64,000 nt of DNA from Bispira polyomma (lineage: Eukaryota). Numbering within the stretch: the stretch's first letter is position 1; each line of letters begins with the position of its first letter. Shown here in pieces: positions 1 through 13,700 of the stretch. The notes beneath the pieces were generated by a model. That model did no database searches. It saw only the letters and a program-made list of their open reading frames with translations, and was not told where the DNA came from. A program made the translations under genes and the position numbers. The stretch is taken from positions 7,316,001 to 7,380,000 of the forward strand of contig OZ287756.1 in the NCBI GenBank assembly GCA_965649765.1, read 5' to 3'.

Positions 1-24
1 AGAGCCATATGCTGACAATAAAAT

Positions 25-245
25 TTGAATTTAGTTGGGCTTTAAGGCGCTTTCAATAGGTTAGGTTATATAACAATGGCCAGATTTATAGGTGGAAAAA
101 AAACAGTGCTGAAGCCACTGTGAACCATTGATAAAGTACCTAACAAAACTTTCCCCCATGAAGGAACGAATGGGATTCGAAAAATACCATTTGGGAAAGA
201 CCGGTGATAATCACAAAGCACTTCTAACCACTAGGCCCACTGTGG
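25..245 (-). mobile_element. tRNA-derived SINE (MetaSINE-like)
   Basis: A-box-like TAGTGGTTAGAAG and B-box-like TTCGAATCCC, GGGAAAGTTT core. Paralogous to the copies at 3179, 9752 and 59787. Confidence 0.7.
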
Positions 246-1490
246 ATTCCTATACTGACAATAAGTACCCCAAGATCACCCAAGTGCTGGAGAAAATTAG
301 AACTTTTTCTGCTCTGTCTAACCACCAATCTTCAGCAAGTGACTACTTACTGCCAACTTTACCACATATACACTATAGGGCCCCAAAAAGAGATAAAGTG
401 ACAATACGTAGAATATTGGATGATTAAGTGGCAGAGCAAATCAGAACATAGTAATTGGTCAAGGTTTCTCTGCTCTGTCTAACCACCAGCCTTCAGTAAG
501 TCTGCTGCTAACTTCCCCCAAAGTACACGCCAGGACCGAAGATTTAAACCCACAACAGCAGAGGTGTAAGGCAAGTACGTTTACCGATACACCACCGAGG
601 TTCCCTCAGTTTAAAAAGGTGCTTCTTTATTGCAAAGTTACTATACTTGGAAAACAACGTCACTATTTCTCAAACATTTAGTATCTACCATTAAAATTAA
701 AGGCAAATATATATTTAGTTGTGTCTGAAGTATTCAGTATCTATAACTACAAGTAAAAGGGAAAACGTTTAGTTATTACTGAAATATTTAGATTCGATGA
801 ATAGTAACTTTCCCAAACTAACATTAGTTTTTTCATTATCTGGTTAATGTAGACAATTTTTAGGGTGGGAGATTAAAACAGACGAAAAGTTATATGCAAG
901 GAATGTTAAAACTTGGCTGTTGGACCAGAAATTTAGAAACAAGAGTTGTCTTTTAAAAAAGACACAGGTGCACAGTGTGTTATATATTAATCTAACACCC
1001 CTCAGTTTGGCCTGGTCTATTGCTTTCAACCAATCCAGAAAGGCCTTGTATATTATCGCCAACATCACAGCATTTACCAACACCATGGCCACTCCCTTTT
1101 AAGAGTTAAAACAACACCAGGCCGCGCCTGATAAAAAGGGGTGAGTTTTTTTTTGGTTTACAATCTCAAATTCAGAAAAAAATCACCCATGACAATTACA
1201 TTGGCACCAATAGAACTGTGATACCACCAAAAAATGTGTCTTAATAAGCCCTTTACTGTCTTAGCTTCATTATTGAAGCCATAAAAATCATGGAGGTGTG
1301 TTATTCCCCCACACATACATCTAATACCCAGTAAGGGTGTGTTATACGTCCCTATAGGCGTTTCTTAAAAATGTCCCTAGTTTCCAAGACTGTAAACTTG
1401 TTCCCATGATGAAAGAGAGAACCATAAAATAAATGGGATACAAAACAAACATATACTTTGTATGACTGTGTGGGTGTGTAATTTGAGCAG

Positions 1491-1609
1491 GTTAGTCAGA
1501 ATACATATTTATGTTCTCTCTTTGAAAATGGAGTATAGTCGCTTACTTCTGGAACTCAATAACTGTACTCTATTTTCAAAGAGAGAACCTTAACACGTAT
1601 CCTAACCTA
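1491..1609. repeat. Fold-back palindrome (~50-bp arms)
   Basis: GTTCTCTCTTTGAAAATGGAGTATAGT pairs with ACTGTACTCTATTTTCAAAGAGAGAAC. Confidence 0.8.
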
Positions 1610-1638
1610 ACATTTATCCCAAATCTTACATTATAACT

Positions 1639-1859
1639 TAGCCTAGGATTCTTTTTAACCAATCACAGCCTCGGCCGATTTATTTAAATCCGAGCTGAGC
1701 CGCCGTTAGCCGATGTAGTGCTTCCTTTCATCCGATATGTACTATGTGAAATGGTGTGGGAAGTTTTTTGTTCTTTATTATTGTTGAAATATCTGACCGA
1801 CATTCTAATTGTTTCATGACGCTGGTTGGCTGAAATTGGCTAAAAGAAAGCCCAGGCTA
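1639..1859. mobile_element. MITE-like element with ~30-bp imperfect TIRs
   Basis: TAGCCTAGGATTCTTTTTAACCAAT... versus ...ATTGGCTAAAAGAAAGCCCAGGCTA. No clear TSD. Confidence 0.6.
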
Positions 1860-3178
1860 AAAGTTCATTTAAAACTATCTCGGTATAGAGTAATTTTTTT
1901 CCGGTCATCTGTACTGATGGCTTATCATTTGTTATCAAATTTAGTTTAAAATCCATGTCACCACTTTCAAAGCTGTAGTCTCTTAACATCCCTTTTACCT
2001 CGCTAATCATCTTTAAGTAACCTTAAGAGAGGAAAGAAACTTTTTGTTTTCTCTGTTAAACTGCCCAGGAGGGCTGGTTCTAGAGTTTTCTCATTCATGG
2101 CCCTTTTGTTATAAAATAGTTTTCTCAGATCACAAGAACCACTTTCTGGGTTTGGGAGAAAGTTTAAAACCTATTTCGGTACAAACTCGCTTACCGTCCT
2201 TAGTTCCGTCTCTGTACACCTCCGTATCCTTCCTTATGACCTTGGCTATGTTTTTTATGACTTCTATATTAGTTATACAATTCTGTTTTTCGCTTTAGTT
2301 TATTTAAAATGCAACATACAAAATCCAATCTGTACATGGAGCTCGGCTAAAAAAAGGTGTTCTAAGTGGGTCCTTTACTACTGCTTTACAGTCTCAAATC
2401 AGGACTGTATAATGAAGTTTATTATTGAAGCCATGGAAAGTCAAGGAGGTGTTAACCACCCTACACACAGCAAGGGAGTGTTTAGTGTATCCGTGGGATG
2501 TTCACAGAAGTGGATTAATTTGGCTTTTGATAGCTAACGCCCTTCCTATTCATCACAGATTGACAAACAAAACGGGGCAATTTGTCAAGAAAATCAAGCT
2601 CACTTTTTTATCATAGCATAGCCTGATATTGTTTTGCACTCCGTGCATGTTGGAAAGGGCGACAATGTTGGGAATAATATGTAAGGCTTTCATGGATTGG
2701 TAAGAAGTAATTGACTTATCCAAATTGGGGGGTGTCAGCTTAATATTATCAGGCGCTGCCTGATATTGACACCATGATGGAAATAATATCCAAGACCTTC
2801 ACTGTTTGTTTGGAAGCAATCGACTGGGCATAACTGAGGGATGTCAGATTAACATTGATGACACTGTGTGCCTGCCACTTTTTTAAATAACAATCTTTGT
2901 TTAGAATTGTTGGCAGGGTAAGCTTTTAGGGGGTTTAACAATAATAAAATTCAGTGTGTTATTTTAACATGGATCAATATCACAGGTATGGTACTTGAAT
3001 CTTCAGTAAATTAGTGTTTAATAATTTAGGGAATGTAGAGAACTTGGGTTGAGTAGGTAAATGGTAGCTTGGATACCATATATTAAAATGGTGTGATCCT
3101 CTGTCACAGACTCCTACTTTCAGTTGCAGGCTAAAGAACATGGGAGACTTTATAGAATAGTTATCCATGGTTTTTTAA

Positions 3179-3385
3179 GGAGCCTCGGTTGCCAAGTGGC
3201 TAGAAGCATTAGCTTCAAAATCACTGGCCTCCCACCTGTTTGTTCCTTCATGTGGGAAAGTTTATCAGGTACTTGCCGTTGATCGGTGGTTTACAGTGAC
3301 TTCACACTGATTTCTTTTAATGTTAATTCTGGCTGTCATGATATGACCTAAGCTGTTGAAAGCGACGTAAATTCCAACTAAATTG
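3179..3385 (+). mobile_element. tRNA-derived SINE (MetaSINE-like)
   Basis: GTGGGAAAGTTTATCAGGTACTTGCC..TCGGTGGTTTAC core and GTTGAAAGCGACGTAAA tail. Confidence 0.7.
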
Positions 3386-4363
3386 ACAAAATTCTGCTGT
3401 CAGTCATGGGAATTAATGGTATCATTCTCAAGCCTATATCTTTACAATAGGGGGAATGCCAGTTGCTGGTGTTGGTTGGCAGTAATTGTGAGGTCAAGAA
3501 ATTAATAAGATTTTAGTTATCACCCCCTACTACCAGGGGGGTGGGGTTGGGGGGGGGGGGGGGAGGGTTGTGAAGTGCATAGTATCAATTGAATACAATC
3601 AAACTCTTTTGTTTTTTAAAATCGAAAAATTAGTCAAAACTCAGTATTGTGATCCCTTTTTTGTCAGGTTTCACATTATTATGGGGGGTATTTCTATTTA
3701 TTTAAAAAATAAGCTCTTGGCACAATTTATAATTAGAAATCTTTACTCACACTAAGTTTTTGAGCATGTATTAAGCTGGCAACACCAAAGATTCCAAGAA
3801 GAATATGCTGAAAATATATGGAACAAAAAGACAATGTAATTTTATGTTCTGGGACATGTTATTTTTGAAAGAAAGTAATACAACTGCTATTAATAATATG
3901 TTTTCCCCTAAGGTTATAATGTCCTTGACCGAATTGTTTTACATGAAATTTGGTAAAGCATGGGATCAAATTTGGGAGCTTTTGCACATCGGTAAACATT
4001 TTGCACTTTATTCAGTCAAGCAACTCTGTATTTAGATATTGCAAACATTTACGAAGATTATTACATAAAACAGCACATCATAAAAAATTACCCATTCCAC
4101 AAATCGTTCAACAATGCCTGACTTTTTTACAAATAGAGTATTCAACCCAAGCAAGTTTACATAATCAAATTAATGTTAGTCATATTTCTGCCAACATTAT
4201 CAAATAGCCTGAAGTTGTATAGAAATACCCCAGCAGGAAATAACTACCACATTGTAGATATCCTAAATCTATTATCACAGACAATATGTCTGTCAGTATT
4301 TTTGTCAGCATTTTGTGTATAATAAAGTAAAACCGACATCCAGTCTCTCCCCTGAGGCATTAC

Positions 4364-4926
4364 CTTTGGGACATTCTTGTAATGGGAGATATTTGCAGTT
4401 TTGTAACCAGTAATGGACGACAACATGTGGATCTGTTATTGCATGTAAACATGGAACTCACATTAACTCTCATAACATATGGTGGTGAAATGACTTACAC
4501 TCCAGCAATATACATAGTTTTTTATAGCACTTTGTGTCAAAGTGTACTGTTTCAGAAAAACATGGTGGTAACTAAATGCTCTAACTGTACAGGGAGTGAT
4601 AATATGCATAGGGATGCTAGTAGTCCACACGGTATTGACTTCATATAACAACTGGAACGATACTAAGTGGAATACATACTTACCCTAAACTGACTGAATA
4701 CAGTAACTAAAAGAGGACTCAGTAGAATACATACCTCCCCTAAACTGACTCAATATAGTAACTAGAAGAGTACTCAGTAGAATACATACCTCCCCTAAAC
4801 TGACTCAAGTCTGTCTTAAGTTGAGATTGATGAATTGATGGTTTAAAAATTAAAACATTTAAAATGCCCTGTCAGACTTACATTGCTTGGTATTGTGTAA
4901 AACTTGTATAAGGAGAGAGGTATGGG
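4364..4926 (-). CDS. Candidate downstream exons of the same gene (4926-4882, 4651-4499, 4432-4364)
   Basis: Each is bounded by AG and GTAAGT/GTAATG, with lengths 45, 153 and 69 bp, all open in phase 0. The protein family match is not clear here. Confidence 0.35.
4645..4808. repeat. ~55-bp minisatellite, about 3 copies
   Basis: GAATACATAC(C/T)T(C/A)CCCTAAACTGACT repeated. Confidence 0.85.
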
Positions 4927-5071
4927 CTAAAATACTGTGGATGACGTGAGTTTAGAAACTTGTAAACTAAAGTAGCTGTGATTTAAAGATTGGCCGATAT
5001 TGGACTGGTAGCCAGTGAGGATTTCTGAAAATAGTAGTAATGTGAGTGTACTTGGTGGTTTTCTGTTACTA

Positions 5072-5249
5072 CAGTCAAACCTGCTCGATAGACCATCTCT
5101 ATAGAGAGACCACCTCTGTATAAAGACCAGACCCTTCATTTCCAAAGACTAATGGTTAACATTATTCAACCTCTTTATAGAGATGACATGTTAATGAAGA
5201 CCGCTTTTGAGGGTTCCCTTGTGATGGTCTTTATATACAGGTTTCACTG
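5072..5249. mobile_element. MITE, Tc1/mariner-pogo-like
   Basis: TA|CAGTCAAACCTG...CAGGTTTCACTG|TA. Confidence 0.8.
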
Positions 5250-5289
5250 TATATTTGTTACAGTTTCAGACCTGAAGTCCAGTACTTAC

Positions 5290-6507
5290 TGGTAAGCCTA
5301 TTAACCAGATGGGTGGCACAGTGGTGTCTGAAGTTCTACTGACGTGGTAACACAGCATGCTTCCTATTACAACCAGGACAGTGCCTGTGAAATACAAAAG
5401 AGTATATAAACCCTAAAATCAAAACTATCAATGGATGATTCACATTCAGTAGAATCTGAATACTAATGAACAATTTTAACCTTCAAAGAAAATTTTTAAA
5501 AGTCTTTGGAATGAATATGAAGAAGTATTTTTTACTTGTATTGTATTATAGACTTTCAACGCACTTCACTGGGACGAGGCATCTTCTAAAGCGCATCAAC
5601 AGAATCAGTTGACAAAAACTAGGTTGTGAGGAAGGTTGTGGGGATGCACAGGGGGGTACTAAGGGGAGGGGGGGGGTTGGGTGGTTGGCGAGTTTCAAGA
5701 GATAGGTTTTAAGCTTTTTTTCTAAAACCAGAAACTGTTTTAAGTGATCTAAGTTTAACAGGGAGACTATTCCATAGCATAGGGGCAGTAATAGAGAAAG
5801 CTCGAGATCCAGCCTTCTTGGTTACTGACGAAAAGGCGAGCAGTAAGGTAAAAGGGGTTGTTAAGTGATGAAACAGCTATGAAAGTAGTTACATAAATTT
5901 TAATCAAAATATATTGGAGAATTACAAAACAAACAAGTACACTTTTACACTTAATATTTACATTATCGAAAAATAAATAGAATGTTGCAAAAGTCAGCTG
6001 TTTAAATATTGTCAATTGGAGGCGAAAAAATAATAATACAAAAAAACAGAAAGAATGCAACAGGTGTGCAAACTGTGGGCATTGATTGGTAGAAAAAGAA
6101 AATATATGTTCTAACAACATATTTAGGTTTTACAATCATTAATCTGGAAACCTAAATCATACCAGCATATTACAATATATACAACTATTACTCAACACGG
6201 AGGGTATTAATAATATACAATAACTCATTTATCGTGAAGTCTGACATGCTTGAATCTTTCAAAGTTGCCGCATTCCTAATCACACTGCATATAATACTGT
6301 CAAAATCATTATCATCTTCACATACTTTTGACTGATAAAAAATGGATGTGACATTATTTAAGAACAAGCTGTGCTTATTACATTTAAGTTTATCAGTGAC
6401 ATTAAGATACCTATTGCAAACTGTATAATATTGAGGACAATCAGGCACCATCTGATTCTATTAGCTGCATCATAAAGCATCTCATTGCCAATCATCAGCA
6501 TCTTCAT
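5290..6507 (-). CDS. First two coding exons (6507-6411, 5384-5290) of a predicted membrane protein, MS4A/CD20-like
   Basis: GT/AG sites with matching phase 1 give MKMLMIGNEMLYDAANRIRWCLIVLNIIQFAIG-TVLVVIGSMLCYHVSRTSDTTVPPIWLIGLP. There is an upstream acceptor TTTTTCTAG at 6532-6540. Confidence 0.55.
5536..5860 (-). mobile_element. L2-like LINE 3' fragment
   Basis: Minus strand encodes AGSRAFSITAPMLWNSLP and ends in an (AATAC)n tail. Confidence 0.7.
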
Positions 6508-7035
6508 TTACTGCAGCTGACTAGGTGAGTTCTAGAAAAATAAAAATAATTCTTTATTTTTCCAAACATAATTGATAAATGTATATAGTATTCAAATTTA
6601 TACTCTACTCACATTGATATTCTACCTTAATGTCTGGTATCCAAAGAGCTAATTAACCTAAGCGAGTGTGTAGTCCACTAGGCAACAATAAATTAGTCCA
6701 TAGTGAATACATATAACGAATAATTGAACTAACTAATACGACAAAAGAAAATGAAAACAATTGTTTCTAATACATAAATATCATGTTTTTTTTTACTTCT
6801 AGATTGGTTGATTTACTCTGTTGTTGCCCTTTAGAAGATGCCTTGCATCAACAAGGCTGGTTAAAAATGTACAATACAATACAAATTTTGGCAAAAATTT
6901 GAAAGGCATTGTCATATGTGTAATATTTCTCTGGGTGAGGTATAGCTATCAATGTGGTCGAGTATTCACAGCAAATATCTCCAATTATCTGTGTGTCGGT
7001 CTGTGTGAATTTGAGTTTTTTTATTGTTCTTTTTT

Positions 7036-7240
7036 AATTGGGATATTTAACGTCCACTCTAGTACCTGTTTAGGTTATATTGGGACGGGTAGTAGGAAAT
7101 GCTGGAAGAAACACTGCATACAGTTGATCAAGGTTCTGCACTGAAACCAGCGGCCCACAGTAAGCAACTTCCACCTTTCCCACATAGGCATTAACAGTGA
7201 TTCTGAAGCGCAATGCTTGCTAACCACTAGGCCACCACGG
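7036..7240 (-). mobile_element. SINE, second family
   Basis: Near-identical to 28912-29142, with tRNA-like head GCCTAGTGGTTAGC. Confidence 0.7.
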
Positions 7241-8379
7241 CCCCGTCGGTCTGTGTGCAAATAGCCTGTCAATAACTTCGATATTAGCAGCTCATGCTGA
7301 AATTCTGGTATATCTATTGTCTGGACAGTGAGGTGGACCAATACAATACAGTCTTTAGTCACTGTGTACACAGCAATATATAAGGACTGGACAAGTTAGA
7401 TTGAGGATAATCTTATTCATTTCTTGCTGATTTATGGTGCGACTAGGTTACCTATATTATATTTATATTCTTTTATTTTTTTTTTTTTATTATAGTGGCA
7501 TGCGTAACATATAATATATAATATAATACTGATAAGAATATGCAACACAGGTAAATCAAAATTGCCCAGTCCTAATGGGCTTATAAGTCACTTTTACATT
7601 ACAATTTAAATAACAGTGGTTATAGTTAATAGTTTTACCCATACTTTGTTCATTAAATAAATAGAAAATAGTCCTTTCATAGTATCTTTAGGTACATATA
7701 CATTGATACAGTTATAATGTACCAGATCAGACTTCTAAGCATCTTTAGGCCGTGGCCGTGGTCTATTTCTAGTACATTATTACCAAAAAAATTCTGAAAT
7801 TAGATAGTTTAAATTTTAGTTAAGTTATTTGTCCATACAAACACATATACAATTACCTATGACACAGAAAAATTTATTTACTAAGTAGATTTTGCCTTAT
7901 ATTTGAGGAATCCCACGTTTTTCAAAAAAATAAAAAATGTTTAGCATCAAAGGTGTTATAGATTATTGTATTGAGAGAGGGGGGGGGGGGGGGCTGTCAA
8001 TAAGCCAAAGTTCCTTGCTTGTTGTGCACACTGAATATATTTAGAAATAGACAATCTTTGCCTTTCCGTGCTGATGGTTACGTAGAGTTCACACTGCAAC
8101 GGAATGGAGAGAGGCGGTAAGATACATTTTGAGAATCGACTACGTTTAGCTTCTGCAGTTGGCTGTGTGAGGTAGAAATTTTGGGTGGGGTCGAAACTTT
8201 TGCCTCATCAAGATGGAAGAAGGTAAAAAAAATCGCACGCTCCATTTGTATTTTCGTATGTCTACTCATTGTCAAGATCAATGTTACTACACACAAAGAT
8301 GCAAACTTTTGTCAGTCCCCCATATCTTGCCTCACTGTTGCATTTCAACAGGCTTACCAGGGGAAACAGAATTTTAGTC

Positions 8380-8686
8380 TCTCATACAAAAACCAGTAAA
8401 CAGATTAGATCCTATGCCTTCTGTGTTGCAGTACCTACACTATGGAATAATTTACAAACCAATATGGGATTCTAGGAAACCCTCTCTGGATTTAGAAGTA
8501 ACCTTAAGACATATCTCTTCACCTTTGCTTGCAGTCTATAGATTTCTATCTCCTCCATGTCACCCCTTAATCACGAATTTGCATTGCAAACGGACTACGA
8601 TTTTACCAACTTGGTCAATGACGTTGTGCCTTAGAAGATGCCTGGCATCAATTAGGCTCATTAAAAATCTTTCATATCATATCATA
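8380..8686 (+). mobile_element. L2-like LINE 3' fragment
   Basis: AFCVAVPTLWNNL, GTGCCTTAGA stem and (ATATC)n tail. Confidence 0.7.
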
Positions 8687-9751
8687 CTGCAACTTGGCTA
8701 GTGATTATCTGTAATACCACCAGTGTCCGTATGTTAAACTAATTTTTCAGAGGTTATATTTCCCCTAGATAGAACAGCCGATATGACAGGGCTTTTGGTA
8801 GTGGCTACCATACCACCAATACACGAACAGGGCATTAATTAACTCAAAGCTGCCTAGATCTCCTGCTTCCTATAATAATACTGAAGTCTTTAGCATCAAA
8901 AGGTTTATCATCAATTGTTGGGGAGGAGAGGATCAATATCCTTTGGTCATTGTATATACAATGGAAATATTAGGAAATGGACAATGACCAATTAGTTGTA
9001 GATAATCTTTGCTTTTCTTGCTGCTTGATGCGGTTTAGTGCCTATGCAGAAGACAGTATTTCCCTACATATTAACTCCTTAACCAAACTACTGTGCTGTT
9101 GTCTAGCATTGGACTGTATTTGTTATTCGAAGGAGCTATGTATGTCGGCAAGCAGTCAACACCTTAAATTTCAGTTTTTATTTTACTTTAATTTCTTTTA
9201 GTCCATGTTAGTACTACAGAATTTCCTTCAGTACACTGGAATACTATTCTCCCAGTCACGCATGGGTAAAGAGCAGTTAGTAGAGTGCATACTTACACGA
9301 TATGGTATAAAATTTTAAAGGGTCTATGCCTTTAACTAGAGATGTAGACCTCTCAATATCTTCTGACATCTGATAGGATATCTGATAGGATATTAAACAT
9401 TAGAGGAATAATAAATTATTTGACCAAACACCTACTTACTAGTATTTCTACTCATACGAAGTAAATAACTCCTCAACGTACACAGTAAGTTTCTTCTTTT
9501 TTCCCATGCACGATCAATTTACAAATATATTGGTAAAAATAATTGTTTCTGTATATTTTTTTGCTTGACCATGCTGACAAAGAAACAAAGCAACACACAA
9601 GGGTCGAAAGATAAGGTTGTCGACTGCTGTTTATTATGAGGTACTTTAGAATTCCTGATACCTGAAATAAGCACTATGTAGTCCTTATAACTTATAGTTT
9701 TTCTAACACAGATATCTAAGAGGCATCATATTTTTTTTTAATTTTAGGTGT

Positions 9752-9956
9752 TAGATTTAATTGAGGTTTTACGTCACTTTGAACAGCTTAAGTTGATATC
9801 ATGACGGCTAGATTGAATGGTGGAAGAAACGAGTGTTGAAGCAGTGTAAACCACCGACCTGATAAACTTTCCCGCATGAACGAAAGAACAGGATTTAAAC
9901 ATACATTAGTGGGAGGCCACCGATTGTAAATCAGGCGCTTCTAACCACTAGGCTAT
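9752..9956 (-). mobile_element. tRNA-derived SINE (same family)
   Basis: Reverse complement aligns to 3179-3385. Confidence 0.7.
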
Positions 9957-10451
9957 CAAGTATTTTGTGCAAAAAAAAACATATTCTGGAATTTTTTATC
10001 CCTGTAGACTGAATGAGAATTCCCAACAAAATTAGGGATTTATTTAAGCAAGGCTAAACTGTATTATGTTTAGTAGTGAGCCATTCGAATCATGTTTAAC
10101 TAAGACTGAGAAATGAGCTTTTAATCTGATGATTATGTAGTAACTGTTTCAAATAATAGCATAAAATGATTCTAGGTAACTTTCAAGTTACGGTCATCTT
10201 ACTATTTTCAGTTAACCATTGGTTTAATGGTCACCTTACCTTGTAATAAATTAAAGGGTCCCTTTATTAATGTAATTTAAGGTTATCATAGAGTAGTGGA
10301 CATAGAAAGTGGGATTGGTGTTTTTACATATTAACATTTGTAAATATTTTATGTGTAGTGGTGTAATAAAAATCCCAAGACCGTATTACAGCGTGCTTAT
10401 TTGTTCAAAAAGACACAATAAACTGTTTTGATAGCAGACTGTTGCTAAAAC

Positions 10452-10760
10452 CTACAATGTAATTTTAATCAATTTCATAAAATGGAGAAAACTGCTCCTC
10501 GATGATTTCCCCACCCCTTATTATTGCAAAAGTGGCCTTAAATTGTAGTTTTAATTGGACAATATTAGTCCATAAAATGCAATTTCAATTGTTATAAAGC
10601 ATCATGTTTCAATAACACACTGAAATCTACAATGTAATTTTAATTAAATGTAGAAACAATTCCTCAATGATGTTTTACCCCTCGTTATTGCACAGGTGAC
10701 CTTGAATGGTAGTTTTAATTGGATGGTAGCATTCTTTAAAATGCCATTTCAATTGTTTAT
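10452..10760. repeat. ~175-bp tandem duplication
   Basis: CTACAATGTAATTTTAAT...TTTCAATTGTT at 10452 and 10627. Confidence 0.8.
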
Positions 10761-13700
10761 CTTCAGAGCACATGAACAATAAATCAATTTTAATCACCAA
10801 TGGCATCAATTCTAAATGCCTTTGAAGTAAGGGTAAAACAACAACTCAGTAACCTTGAATTATCCTAATGGAGGGATAACAAATTGACATAAAAATACTT
10901 CTTACACTAAAATGTACAGTACCAAGTAATTATATTGGTCCTGTTATTTCAGAGTTTGCATTTGTTGTTTATTTTCTTTGTGAAAAATCTATGACAATGT
11001 TGCTCTTTATCTATTAAGCACCATTGCTTGAGTTACTAGTAAAAATACCCTTTTTTATGTAAAACATAAATTTAATTCAATACCTACAAACGTAGGTATT
11101 TTTTTTCTCGTTCTAGAAAAAGTGGATTGTTTTGGAACAATACAACAACAGTCAAGTCATTGTTTAAAGATTATACAAGCATGAATGTTTTGAAGAGAGA
11201 TGAACCCACACATTATGTTTGAATGTATCTTAGGGAACTGATACAGTGAATTTACATGATTGCATTACACTATGGTGCAGATAAACTGATTAAAACTACA
11301 ACATGTGACCACCACGACCATTGAAAAAAAACTGCTGCTTCAGTTCCTAAAATATTCTAATATCCACCTTAAAATTACTTTTAAACTCCCCCTCCTTTTC
11401 AATCTCTCTATCACTGCTGTTTTTCACAGTTGTATGTCCTTAGAATCCATTACCATGCAACCTCCTTTAAGCTTCACAATCATTACTTAAATCATTCAAC
11501 TTAAAAAAAATATCTGTACTTCAATCATCACACCAATCAACCATTTTACATCCAACTAAATGCTTTGACCTTTTGATTTTATCAAGGTCATATTTTAATT
11601 TTATAAAAGTTTATCTCACGGAACTGCATATAAATATGAAGTTCAGTTATATTCAATTCATAGTTTCTATGACGGAAATCCACTCACCTTAAATTTTTAT
11701 ATTTTATATTCCCAAGGTTTTACTAGAAAATCCATCTACATCTATGCCAATACAAACTAATCCATATATTAAACAATACTATACAGTACGTTAAACCAAT
11801 GACTGTAGTAGGCCTATTTAGCCATACAAGTATATTATAAGTAATCCAAAATTACATATAATTGATTGCGTATACATTTACCCATGTATATGTTACACAC
11901 ACACTTGATTCTGTAAACAAATAATCCTTCTACACTATTTTAACGAGAATGTATTTCTCTATCCCAATAACGTTTATCCAAACAAGCATTAGTTTAAAAA
12001 ATTCCACATCATGAAACTAGGCAGATGTTCACCTAGAAAGCCACTAATACTTTAGTCTTACTGACTCATCTGATTTGTAAAAAAGTGAGCCGTTCTCCAG
12101 AACACACCTGTCTCTGACATCTGTACTGGGAAATGTTATTGTGGAACAAGAGTTATATTAAAAAAAAGACACAGGCACACAGTGTTGAAAATACACTAAC
12201 GTTGATATGGTCACTATATATACTCAGGTAAATCTGACACCCACCTCAGTTTAGATAGGTCAATTGCTTTCAACCAATCCATGAAGGCCTTACATATTAT
12301 TTCTGAAGAAGGCATCCCAGAATGGAAATCGATATCAGGATGAGCCTGATAAAATTACAACACCACCAATGCATTCTGATACCCAACAGGTCAGCAATAT
12401 GACACTCAACAGTACTTTAAGGGAGATTCTTTGTAAATACCTGCATCATCAAGAAACTATCCACGCAAATACACAAAGCAGAGGAAATAGCAAATTACAG
12501 GTTTACTTGTAAGAGATGGCTCTATAACCCCACTGAGTTGTCTCATACCACAGTTTGTTGACAGGTAAACAATAAAGAAAAGTATGAAACAGTCTAGTTT
12601 TCTTCTGTTATCAGAAATACTGCATACTTTTGGTACACGTGCAGTCAAATGTAAATATACAATAATAGTATCAGTAAAACATATCCTATGCGCTTATATA
12701 TTATGGCATTTATATTACTATGACGTCATTAGAAACTGTTTTTCTATCTAAAATATTTTTTTTCAGGCCATTGCATTAAAATTTAAATTAAACCTATGTT
12801 GGACTTTTTGTTTTGAATATGAACATTACATATATCTTCGCAATACATTTTTTTCCATGCCGTTTGAAAGGGGTAACATATAAACAGGTTTATATGTATT
12901 TTTGTTTAAAGCTTTCAATTGTTTCCATTCATTCGGAATATTAAGCCTGAATAAGTCCGGAAATAATTGATCGGTCTAGGAACTGTGAGTTGCCCCTGTC
13001 ATGTTATGTGTTGTCTAAGGTTTAAGCTTCTTTATACATTGACATCAACAATAACATCACAGATAAACTTTAGCTATAAAAATTTATTCATGCATAGCCA
13101 TTATCAGAATATGTTTCTTTGCCATAATTGACTGGTCATTTACTTAGCGAATCTTTTGTCCCTTTTGTTTTGAGTTTTTATGAATACAATAAGGAATGGT
13201 GGATGTGGCATGGTGTACTGTTGAAGCAATTAAGTGGGAGCCTTTCCTATCAAGTATGAAGTCACACACACACACACACGCAGAGCATGCCCCTCTTTCT
13301 CCATTACTTACCCAAACCTTTCAAGCCTAATAGGCTTTAGGCACATTGCTGTATTACTGTGACTGCCAGACGAATAGGTATGGTATTGCCTTCTCGGTGT
13401 GTGAAATCGCCAGAAACAATATGGCTTAGGTAAATGTCTGCATCAAGTTTCTATATTTACTTGCATAGATTGTATGTTCGTTTTGAGGTGAATGTATTGT
13501 TCTGAGGAATATGCTTTAATCAATTTATATCCTTCTGTATCAGTTGACAGGTAGATTATTTTTTTAAAGTCACCAGATAATGTAGCTCGGGACAAATCCC
13601 ACTGCATATTGTTGTGCGATTGGTCAATGTAGGATGAACAATTTGTTGTTGAGCATTTTATTATAGCGCTCTACATTTTAGCGACTGAGGTGCTATATGG

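Noticed and set aside
25-245. Functional tRNA genes
   Set aside because: The A/B-box sequences are SINE heads without a complete cloverleaf.
10003-10390. Solo LTR (TGTA...TACA)
   Set aside because: No target-site duplication and no second copy in the window.
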